DNA of 64,000 nt from the human T2T-CHM13v2.0 reference genome, Homo sapiens, in NCBI RefSeq assembly GCF_009914755.1, contig NC_060928.1; one strand, 5' to 3'. The notes under the pieces are model-generated. The model saw only the letters and a program-made list of their open reading frames with translations, was not told the DNA's origin and ran no database searches. A program made the translations under genes and the position numbers. Shown here in pieces: positions 1-12,320 of this stretch. Positions within the stretch are counted from its first letter, which is position 1. The number at the start of each line of letters is the position of its first letter.

Positions 1-893
<893 letters not shown>

Positions 894-1985
894 CACCAAA
901 ACCTCTGTCAGAACACAAAGGAATGTGCATAATGGAGAGAAGACATATTTTTTTTAAAACTGAAGATATTGGCACAAATGTTTTATACAAAGAGTTTGAA
1001 CAAAAAATCCCTGTAAGACCAGAATTATCTTTGTACTAAAAGAGAAGTTTCCAGCAAAACCCTCATCAGCATTACAAGGATATTTGAACTCCATGCTTGA
1101 TGGTATTAATAAAGCTGGTGAAAGGGCATCATATACTTCAAGGAAGACTCTACAAGCTTTTGTTCACAGCTTGAAATAGATGCCTCACAATTCAGACAGT
1201 TTAATTCAGGAACTGTGACCCTGCAGTGTTCTTTTTGACAATTTGTCAAGATTTAGGGACATAAAATGATCTTGCAGGTCGTAAACTGGAAAACAGTATT
1301 TTGGTTGTCTTAGGATAATTGCTGACTTTGTATCTTGGATACAGTGTAAACCAGATCCATATAAGGTGAATGTGAAATGGGAGTCTTCTGAGGGTGATTT
1401 GTACTTTCCATGTGTATGTGTGTGTCTGGTGTTTGGAAACTGGGATATTTCAGCTTCATTATTTCCACTTGCAGGCCAGCTTAACCTCTGAAACACAAAT
1501 GATCTTGAGACCACTTTAGTGTACTTACATTTAGATGAGTTTGAAATCTCAATGGTGTCTAATTATTGCAGTTAAATTCTAGACATCAGTTCTTTAAGTC
1601 TCAGAAAACGCCCAGTGAATTGGTAAACTTAGTTCTTTTTTTTGGAAGTGCTGCCTTTTCACACCAAATCCAAGAAGCCTGTGATGTCTTATGAACCTTA
1701 TGAGAAAACTCCGAAGAGGTGTGAGCAGGATTCTTCTGAATGACTGTCTGGATGGTTCATTACTCAAGTTACTGCTGCTGCTATTGTCTTTCCTTTGTTG
1801 TCGATCTGTTATTGTTGTATTATTATTGTTGATGTTGTCATGGTTAATCTATTTTTTAAAATTGAAATGAAGCAGAAGTAGGCCTTGTGAGAACTGAAAG
1901 GTCTCTTTCATTTTTCTCTTCCTGGGATTCATTTTTTCAAAACACAATGCTGGAAAAAAAAGATTTGTTTCTGAAAGACTTCTTA

Positions 1986-1993
1986 TGGTGCTA
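1986..1993 (+). promoter_or_regulatory. miR-29 8mer seed match (TGGTGCTA) in the TLL1 3' UTR
   Basis: Exact 8mer. miR-29 is an established repressor of collagen/ECM-processing genes. Confidence 0.6.
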
Positions 1994-2999
1994 TTCCATA
2001 AACTTTTTTTCAAACAAGTTTTTGACCTTTGAGCCAACCCACCCGTAGACTACGAATGTCTCCCTATGGCTGGTAGCATTTGAAGACTAAAGACTTGTCA
2101 AATATATCAAGAGTATATCATTGCAAGGGCAGCACTTGTCCTGTGGAACAACTACTTATAATGCCTTAGAATTCCTGCACATGATCAAACAGATCCTCCT
2201 AAAACACACCTTTTGAAATGTTGAACATAATAGTGTATGTTAATTAACAGCTCTATGAAGAAAATCCATTTCCATGACTGAAGCATTGGATATAAATATG
2301 GTGTCCTGCTTTTTTTGTAGAAAATGTAATTTGAGGATGAATTTTCTGCTTTAAAGGCATGTGTGTTTTTAAAATTAATGAATGTAGATGTGTGATTGTC
2401 TGAGTGAGTGAAACTACAAGAGGTAAAAAATAATGGGTGGTTGAAAAGTTAAAATGTATGTGCCAAGTTCTACTAGAATTCCATTTGAAATAGCACCTTC
2501 CTTAGGTTTCATGGACAAATAATGGGAACTTCTAATTTTGATCAATCCCATTAAAAAAAGGCTCTTTCCTTTAGAGAAACTCTATTTTGATGTCAATATA
2601 GATTACTGTATGAAGTAGCTTTGTGTCTGTTACCTGTCCATGAGCATACAACATTGAATACAATTGGGTGTATTCTTTCAGTTTTACACAATTAAAGTAT
2701 ACACACAGATGTAGCTTATCTGTTTTTTTCTTAAATTGTTGCCCTGAAAAAATTTCTTGCATATGAATTGTAAAATGTAAATACATTTTTATAACCAATG
2801 TTTTGATCTTATTGAATGTTACTTTGAAAATGTATAACTATTGCCTGCAATGTAGATGAGCCTTTTAGTAGAGCTGATTTATTCCAGTAACTTCTTCCAT
2901 ATTTTCTCACTAATCTCCCGTTAGCCAAAATATGCCAGAAATGGGAAAGAGAGGAGAAAAAGTCATTAACATTAACACCTATACTGTTCTATACTACTC

Positions 3000-3180
3000 C
3001 TACCCGTGTGCTAGGAATGTGCACTAGCTCTTTTTAAATTCCATGCTACACTTTGAGGACTGTCATCATGTTCTCGTTTTGTAGTTCAGAAAGTGAGGCT
3101 CAAAGAATTTATGTAACCTTCCCAGAGTCACAGTGTAAAGTTAGATGTTGAAACCCAGTTTATCTTATACAAATGAGCCT
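3000..3180 (-). mobile_element. MIR SINE inside the 3' UTR
   Basis: agaaagtgaggctcaaagaatttatgtaaccttcccagagtcacag is the reverse MIR core. Confidence 0.65.
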
Positions 3181-6069
3181 CTGCTTGTTCTACAAAGGTA
3201 GTAGAATCAATCTCGACCTATATAAATAGTAGATTTTTTATGGTGAAACTTTCCCACATAAAGTAAATTTTAGGGGTGAATTAGAGTAAAACTTACAGGA
3301 TAAGCATTTTGCTCTTTTTAAGAACAGCATGAAATTTAGAATATCAATGATAGCTATCTTTAAGAATCAGAATTAGTACTAGAAATTTAAAAAACCCTAT
3401 AGTTTGGAGTTAGTATGAGCCTTTTGTGAAAATAAATATATTAAATTATTTTGCCTGATGTGGTAGGGGAAATGTATTGCTCTATATTAAGAAATATTCT
3501 GGATATTCTGATTGACATCTTATTAGGCCATAGTGAGCTATGCTCTGCACAACTGAGAAATTAGGTATTTAGAAGGCATATAGAGATGTTGTCATAACTA
3601 GGTCTTCAACGTGAAAATTAATTTTTATTGTATCATGTCAAGTATCAGTTTACCACATATTATTTTTATATTAATTCAACATTTGCCTTAAGTGTGTTGT
3701 TAAATGAAAGTACAGACAGCTTCATTGTTGTATTGTTAATAATTGTTACTTACTGCTCCAGGCATTTTATTAAATTAATTTTTTAAATTATTTTCCACCC
3801 TACATCAGTATATTGGTTGTGCTTTATATTTGCCAAAGTCCTAACTGACTATACATAGAAAAAAAAAAAAAAACACTGTTCTCACTTGATTTTATTAAAT
3901 TATTTTTAAAAGTCAATTTTGAAAATAACTGTATTTTATTAAGGAGATCGTGACTTAACTTAAATGGACAAAATAACTTTTTAAAAGAAATGGATGAGAA
4001 GTAATTGTGTTTCCAAAACCCTCAAATATCCCATTCCTATACTGGCTGGATTTTTGCTACCTGTCGCTCATTTTAATATGTCACAGTATGAGATTCAAAT
4101 TCTGTTTAACTTTGTTTTAAAATAGCTTGGTCTCTTTTATTTGGTTTGTAATACTGCTGTATTTTTGGTGGTAAGCTTCAAATATCAAATTTTGTTCTGC
4201 CATGTAGAAAAATCTCTAAAAGCATCAAATGACTAATTTTATTTTTGCAAGGTTAAAATTTATTTTTAAAAGAAACATTAAATTATATCTTTATGTAGAT
4301 TTAGAAGGACTGCAACCCTATGTGACATTATAACTTACTTAAAACAGTTATCAAATATTTGGAAACTATTGTTTACTAATAAGAATAAGACTTGCCTTAT
4401 GGAAAATTTTTGATACCACTTGTTAAATCAGGCATGGGAGGAGGAGAGCAGAAAATATAATTGCCTTCTAAAGATATATAATTCGAATTGCAGTAATGCT
4501 TTCTATTTTACAACAACAAATGTGTAATAAGAACTTGTCAAAAAGAGAAAAAAGGTGGCCTGTGAATGAATTGAAAGTTCTTATGCTTCAATGCATGGTA
4601 ATTGGTTTCCAATGAATATTTAGCTTTTGGTTTTTTATGTTATTGTTATAAAACTGAGAAATTTTGTCATTAGATTAGGAAACAAGAAGTGGAAAGGCTG
4701 ACTCTGATATTTTGTGAAATAGTGTTATTTGTCCCCAAACTTTCTTCTGACATCTACATTTTCACTGTCTGGTTTCCAACCTGCCTAACTTTCCCTCACT
4801 CCAATATATTGAACCTGAATCCAAGCTGGTCACGTGACTCCAGTTCCAGCCATGACACCCTAATGCAGGTACCCATGCAGGATGAAAACAAAGGAATTAT
4901 AGGGCTCTGAGCACGTTTCACTATATATAACCTCCCTCTCATCCAATATTCTAAGCAGCAAATGAATACAATGAATATCAACTTCTAACTTCAAAAAACT
5001 TGTAGGTGGAAATGTATCTGCATAAAAAGCAGTTGAAAAGAGATCTATTAAACTCTACACAGATTGAGGCACTTAGAAGGTCCTAGCGATCAGGGCTTAT
5101 CTTTATTTATTGCCAGGTTGGAGGTATATGAGTAAATATTGACACTGTTTCTGTTGTTATATTTCTATATGAATACAAGCTAACGGCTTCACCAGTCCCT
5201 CTGACCTTACTTTGTCTGTCTGTATTGTCCTTATATCTGGAAAGTTACTTATATAACATTTTATTTTTGCTCAACTATCAAATTTTCAGAGCATACTTGC
5301 ATCTGAAAACAAATAGCAACGAAGGTTACTAAACTGATTTACACTATTTTAAACATGTGCTCAATGTTTCAGTGTATTTTGCAAATTACATATTTAAAAA
5401 TAGATTCAATGGTGCTTCTTCTATTGAATAATATTATAGGATGATTATATTAGCCACAATATTTAATTCTACAACAAATCTAAGAAAGAAAAAGTTGCAT
5501 TATCATTCAAAAGCTGTTAGGTTTTTTTTTTTTTTTTGAAGAGCAACTGTAAACATTTAGCTAAATATAATAAATTTCCATCAAAATATAAAAATGCATC
5601 TATATTCCCTTGTAATATTTTTATGTTAGAATTAGTGCCTCACAAAAGTGATAGCTGACATTGAAAACACAGTAGTAATGTCACCGCGGTAATAGAGGTA
5701 TAAGAGGAATTACTTTAAGGAATGACATTAAGAATGTTTAAACAGAAAGATTGCCCAGAAAGGACAAAGTGAAAGGATTATAGATAATAAGGCTTCAATA
5801 TGTCAACCTCCCCTAAAAATTATTTAGTGGCTATTCCTGAAGGGACTATAATTGAGACAAAATGTAAATAGCAGGAAAATTTTCCTTGGGAATCATAAAT
5901 TTTTCAACGTTTCTTTATGAAACATTTCTTTATGAAAAATTTTTTCATAAAGTTTTCAATTTTTATACTTTTACTATATGTGTATTAGATGTGTTTGAAT
6001 TCCCTGGGATTAAAAAGTCGCTCATAATAAGTTTTGCCATTTTCAAACCAAAACGCATAGTACAATGTA

Positions 6070-6210
6070 TTTTACTCACTCATTTATTCTGTTTATTCAC
6101 TGAACAATATGCTTCATACTGTGGTAAGTACTATGAATTCGAGATAAAAAAAGAAAAAGTAGCAACCTTTGCTCTCATGCAGTTTACATACTAAAGAGAT
6201 AAGCATTAAT
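6070..6210 (-). mobile_element. L2 3'-end fragment
   Basis: catttattc...ctttgctctcatgcagtttacatactaa resembles an antisense L2 tail. Confidence 0.5.
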
Positions 6211-6742
6211 TTAAATAACCCCCCAAAGTTGAAATTTCAGTAATGAAACATGCATGTGTATTCTACTGCCATTTGGGAGCATTCTGCAAAATTGTGTGGT
6301 TTGTATTTTGAGACTAGCAACAACATAAACATCCTTGGTTCTGCATTTGAGCATTTAAAAAAATTCAGTTGTCCTATAAAAGTAAGTTTTTCTTTGCATG
6401 TATTACTTGTATTTTTAATTTATAAATTACTGAACCTCAGGATGGACAATTGGGGCTTTTTGTAAACAATATGTTTTACAAAAAGAGTTACCGAATACTA
6501 GTACCAGCAGCACTTGATAAATTGTAGTTCTAAATCTGAAACAGATTTAACCCATTATCTCCAATCAATGCTGCCCTAACTGGTGGAAAAAGGAGTCTTT
6601 TTACCAATAGTGTGATTGCAGGACAGTAAAATGCCTCACTGTCTCACTATTTGCTTCTCTTCCAAGTCAACGAGTGATTTTTTAAAGGTGAGTAAAGTCC
6701 CTAGAATGCCTAGCTCTCTCAAGAGCATGCGTACAGGTGCAT

Positions 6743-6743
<1 letters not shown>

Positions 6744-6774
<31 letters not shown>
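6744..6774. repeat. (CA)n microsatellite, ~15 units, in a longer purine-pyrimidine alternating tract
   Basis: gtgcatgcacacacac...acacgtgtgtatatataca seen directly. Confidence 0.95.
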
Positions 6775-6777
<3 letters not shown>

Positions 6778-8149
6778 TGTATATATACAAAAGATCTTTG
6801 GACGCACATACCTGCAACCTAGGCAACCTATTATGCACACAGATAACGCCTCATAGAATATGATGCCACAATTTAGAAAAATCTATAGAAAGATCAGGTA
6901 AGAGTAATCCCAAATCATAAGTAACAGAATTAGACTCTAAGAATTTTAAATGCTGGAATGATCAAATGTAGAGTATAAAGAAAAGCACATTAAAATAATT
7001 AAGGAAAGGAAATCGAAATATGTGGAAAAGCTATAGACACTTTCAAAATATTGAGTAGATTTTTAAAGAATAAGTTAAACTTGCAGAAATGAAAAAATAC
7101 AGTAATTGAAATGAAAAATGTAGTCGATATGGTTGATGGTACGATTTATGAGGTGGAAGTATATAAGAATCACAGAACACAACAGAGAGACAAACAGATG
7201 AAAAAATATATTTTAAGAGACATGAGAAGTAGATGTGAATGTTCAATATGTATTTTTAGGAGTTACAGAGGAAGACAATATAGACAGTGAAGGAGAATAA
7301 AATATTCAATATAAATATGTGAAATGCCCCAAAACTTTTGGGAAACATGTATCTTCACATTCAGGAAACACAAAAAATTCCCAAGGAAAATACATAAAAA
7401 TAAGGCTGCACTTAGAAAACGCATAAAAATAAAGCTGCACTTAAAGCTAAATACATAAAAATAAAGATTAGACACATAGTACTGAAATTGATTAATACAA
7501 AGTTAAAAAAATATTAAAAGTAGTCAAAGAAAAAGGCAGATCATCAATAAGAAGGTACTTTTAGAAATATAGCAGACTTTCCAATACCGAATATAGTGAA
7601 ATCAAGTCTTCCTGATATCAAGAGTAAACAATTGTCAACCTAAATTTTTATATCCTGTTAAATACCACTTACAAATAGGAACTAAATGATATGCAAGAAG
7701 GATTAGTTATTCAAGAATTGGTGGTTAGGTGTCAATTTAAAATATTTACTACTATAAAATAATATTATCTTGTTACAATTAATGTGATTAATTATAATAT
7801 TAATGAATAATTCTAAAGGAAAGTGGAAGTAAATATAAAACAGTAATATAATATCATGTACAACTAGAGAGGATTAATTGAAGTTGAAAAGTTCTAAGGT
7901 CCTTGTAGTGTTTAAGAAGAGGATTACTTTAATATTTTGTTAAATGTTCAGGGTAAAATGGTAGGCTAACCAAAACAACAAAAGTAGGATATATAATTTC
8001 TAAACCAGTAGAGAGGGAAAGATAGCATAAAAATAATAAATCTTAAGGATTTTATAAAAGGAAGATTAAGAGGCATAGAAAAAGTGAGAAACATAGCACA
8101 AAATAAAATGGTAAAAAGACAATAATAAGTAATATTTAAAATGTAAAAC

Positions 8150-8252
8150 ACATCTTCCAGGCATTTTTCTAAGTGTCTGAGATAGTAGTTCATTTAATTC
8201 TCACAGATATGTGAGTTAGAATTTATTGTCCCCATTTTATGAGTGAGGAAAT
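8150..8252 (-). mobile_element. MIR fragment within the old L1 region
   Basis: catttaattctcacag...tattgtccccattttatgagtgaggaaa. Confidence 0.6.
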
Positions 8253-8734
8253 AAATAAAAAATACACTAGTAATTGCAATAAATGTAAGTACACTAAAAT
8301 TTCCAATTTAAGAAGAGGCATATTCAGATTGGATTAAAGTGTCATCCATGAGCTTTTAGAAAAGATGCTTGTAAAAAAGTATGAGAAAAGCTGAAAGTGA
8401 AAAAATATATTGGGCATATTTTAAGCTAATGATAGCTGATGTTTTTAGGCATAAGAGACTATTTGGAATAAGATTAGCAACTCCAATGATAAAAGAAACT
8501 GCATCTAGAACATTTAAAAATTTCTGATTAATGTAAATCTAGAGCCTCAAAATATATACAATTATCAAAATCATAAAAATGTAATTCATTATGATCATAT
8601 GAAGATACTAAGATCTTAGTAAGAGAGATAGTATGATATAAGGTATTTGCAAGATATATATCTGACAAAGGATTAGGAACCAGATTATTTTTAAAACCCT
8701 CAAATTCAATGAGATACAAACAACCCCATCGATG

Positions 8735-8930
8735 AGGAATTGGCAATCTACATCTTGTGAGTCAAATTCAGCTCACTGCCTATTTGTGTCCACTCCATGA
8801 CCTAAGAATGATACATAAAATGACTGTTAGCCTTTTGGCAAGAAAAGTTAAGACTTGAAGACATTGTCTGTTGGCCTAGAAATCCTAAAATGCCACTTGG
8901 TCCTTTAAAGAAGAAAATAGGCAACCTATG
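8735..8930 (+). mobile_element. MER58-like hAT-Charlie DNA transposon
   Basis: ttggcaatctac...caaattcagctcactgcctatttgtg...ctaagaatg and the end ggcctagaaatcctaaaat...ggtcctttaaagaagaaaataggcaacc resemble MER58B termini. Confidence 0.55.
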
Positions 8931-9289
8931 TAATCGATAAATGTGCAAAGGATACACACAAGCAATTCACAGAAGAGGAGAGCAGAATGGTTAAAAAAAA
9001 AAAAACAGATGAAAACATGTTTGACATTGCTGTTATTTTGGAAAATTCAAATTTAAAGAATAGTATACTATCTTGTATCCATTGCATTAGTAACTAAAGC
9101 CTTAAACACTATCAAGTGTTTGCAAGGATGTATAGCATAGAAACTTCTACGCACTGCTGACAGAAATGCAGTAACCAGTAATGCAAACATTTTGGATAAC
9201 CATTTGACTCTAATACTTGCAGATGCTCTTTTTCACTGACCATAAATTTAATTCCTTGCTATAGAAAAACTCTCATTTTGAACTGGTTT

Positions 9290-9550
9290 TAGGAAGTCAC
9301 CTGAACTCCAGTAGCTGGGCTACAGGGAAGCTGTGCGGTCTTCCAGAGCCTACTGAGAGAAGCAGAGAAGGACACCAAAACTAGGAAGAGAAGCCCCTTC
9401 CTCCAGCAACATCCTGCGTGGTTCTGTATTGATGCAGCTTCACATCAGGAGAGCAAAGGATAATTTTTCAAAGGGACCAGCTCCATTTTCTACAGCAGGC
9501 AATGAAAAACATATTTAGAATTGAGAAGCAATAAATAGACAATTGGTACA
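9290..9550. mobile_element. Ancient ERVL-type LTR fragment (family uncertain)
   Basis: GC-richer block ending gaattgagaagcaataaatagacaattggtaca, a typical old LTR terminus. Confidence 0.35.
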
Positions 9551-9849
9551 TATAATATGACATAATATTAGAATATAAAGGTACATTATGTATTTATGAC
9601 CTTTACACAATTTTAATCAATCCACAATCATAAGAATTAATTATCTGGCTATATTAAAAACAAAAATTTATATGTACCATAAATTATAAAAAAATTGCCA
9701 GCTAGGAATGCCAATCTCCTCCTTCTCTTTCTCTGTTTTCCCCTTTAGCATTTTACAACATGATCTATGATTTTTTAAAAAACATGTTTTCAAGAGATTT
9801 TAAGATAAAATGTTATAATTCATGTGTATGTAGATTTTTAATTCAGATT

Positions 9850-9930
9850 CAGCATTTATAGAGTGCACAATAACCTTGTGAGATAAGTATTATTATTCCA
9901 ATATTACAGATGGGAATCTTGAATATAAAA
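9850..9930 (-). mobile_element. MIR fragment
   Basis: caataaccttgtgagataagtattattattccaatattacagatgggaa. Confidence 0.55.
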
Positions 9931-12320
9931 TACATACAAGAGCACATGATGTCTGTGATGAAGAGAATCCCTTTAAAGAGGGGTAGGTATATAAATTATA
10001 TTTAAATTTAAAAAGTAATCATAAATTCAGATTTTCACTTTGCTCTTTATAGTGTGATTTTAAATGCTAGTATGTTCAAAATTATTTCCCTTAAAAGCAA
10101 AAAAAGTCATTAGCTTTCCCATTAAGTACATGATTTTCATGATTTTATGCAGTTTGATTAAATTTTGTTGATTTCTATTTAGAGTTATAATAGAGTAGCT
10201 TGCCTAAAACTAATATATTCCATCAAGAATAAACAGAAAAGTGGGTTAAAACTTTTAAAAAGAAAACAATTCTATGTTTAAGGCATCCTCAAGCTTCCAA
10301 CAGAGCTAGGACTTGAGGGATCAAATACTCAGATAGAATGGAACCTGTTAACAATGAAGCAACATTTTATGTTGTACTTTTACTATCCAGAGGTAAGCTC
10401 ATTCTTGATGCAGAGTCAAGGGCTGTAAATCTGTGCAGAGGTTGACTGTTAATCTTTGCCAAAATGTACTTGACAGAAAATGCTGAATCCATAATTCAAT
10501 TAAATATCTAATTACGGAACACTGTAGGAAAATTGGAACTATTTTTGAACAATTATTTTTTGAAAAATCACAGGAAATCTATCTCCTAAAGTCACTATCG
10601 TATATTAGAAGAAAAAGGACAACAAATGATGTAGTTACTAAGAAACAAAATGATTTTAAAAACCTAATAATTTTCAGTGGAAGATAATCGTCAATAAATA
10701 CAGTTAACAACTCAAATGAGAATCCAGAAGTAAAAATGTATTTGAGTTATCCTTAATTTTAGCCTTCTACAGAGGATTGTCCTAACTTCAAGGAACATTA
10801 TTAAAATGACAATTTCATAAATCATTTTTATTCATGTTTTCTGTTTTATTAATTTTAATGAGATCAAGATTGTACTTCAATGTGAGAAAAATATTCCAAA
10901 TGCCAGATATTATAAAAGATTTCTGTTAGCGTGTTATCTATGAATTATAAAGATAATATGCATTTTATGCTGCAGTTTCCTTTAAGTAATTCTGTAGAGA
11001 AAGGCAAGGTAAATCAATTTCATACTATATCGTGCGTCAAATATATAGCTTTTGTTATAAGATAATACGCTTTAGAAAGCACTACAGAAAAGGTTTTGAA
11101 AATTATCTTGAGTGCACTTCTCAGTATGCTCCCAAATTACTTGTCACGCTGATTTCGTTTATTCTTATGTTGATACTTTTTCTGTGCAATGTTTTGAGAT
11201 CCTCAAAAGCAAGTAGATGCTATTTATTTTTTTCTGTACTTACACAGAACTGCACACTAAAAGACCTCCTATATAGATTGCTTAAATTGAATTGAATTGA
11301 AATGAGATTGAATTAAATTAAGTTGAACTAACCTAATGTGCTAAAAATTACATAACTCAAAAAATGAGTACTTGTCACGTTAAGATCTGGAATATTTTCT
11401 GAGTAACACTGATATGAAGTTAATAAACCATATGAGTAATACAGAAAGAGATTGTCATTTATAATAATGAAGATGAAATATGTTATCCTTCTTTCTTCAT
11501 AAGTATGTTTAGTTTGGTTACATTACAAAACTGCGAAATTACTTTTCTAGAATAAAAAAGAGACTTCTCTCTTTCTCTCTCCAATTTGTCTCATCTGTAT
11601 TTTAAAACAAATTTGGGTTAAGATGCTAGGGTCATTTTACAGCAACTCAAATAAATTAGATTTTCAGCAATAAGGAAAACTTATATTTCAATTTTTAAGC
11701 AAGTATTTTTCTTAACTACCTTAAGCTACCTGTATGAAAAGATAAGTCATTTTTTAATCCCTTAAAAAGACTAGCTTATCAACCTATAATTTAATCTGTA
11801 AATGTAAGAGTTGTTTGTTTAATACAGAAGAATGATGCTAAACTTGTACATATTTTACTTCCAGTTGATAATTTGTTTTTTCAAAATGACATCTTTTGTT
11901 CCTTTAAAATTTCTGAAAAGAATAAGGATCTCAGCCTTAACAGGTAACCTTGCAAATTCAAAGAGATAGGAAGTTTGAGATGAAGAGAAATTTCATTTTT
12001 ATTCTACCTTAATCTTCAGCAAACCTGAACCTACTTTATCACAGATTGAGAGCTATTAAATACCTCTATTCATCTGAAATGAATAATATTGGATGAAGTC
12101 TTGCTTTTGTGGAGTCAAATGAAAAGACTAAGAATTAAAATTCTGTCTAGAGGTGGAGAACTGTGCCAGAAAAAGAGATTCTTAGTGATAAAAAGGAAGC
12201 AATTAATACACCTTTTTAGTGCTACCAAGTGTTATTAATGTAATCAAATTAACCGCATGTTAGAGTATTACATAAAGGTGACCATGCATAAGTCTATTAT
12301 AAAAATGTAAATAGATATTG

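Larger units (their letters stand above)
894..3900 (+). other. TLL1: TLL1 3' UTR (3' end approximate; several candidate poly(A) signals)
   Basis: Follows the stop codon; AU/GU-rich and repeat-poor. AATAAA at 1108-1113 and 3431-3436; ATTAAA at 2550-2555, 2691-2696 (U/GU-rich sequence downstream), 3769-3774 and 3894-3899. Confidence 0.7.
6860..9270 (+). mobile_element. Ancient, fragmented L1 (L1M/L1ME-type), ORF1/ORF2 remnants
   Basis: A-rich sense strand with L1-like blocks (tgtcaacctaaatttttatatcc; tctgacaaaggattag; caattcacagaagagg; tgtttgcaaggatgta). Confidence 0.6.

Noticed and set aside
1206-1514. 102-aa antisense ORF in the TLL1 3' UTR
   Set aside because: Non-ATG start, no recognisable domain, and a length expected by chance.
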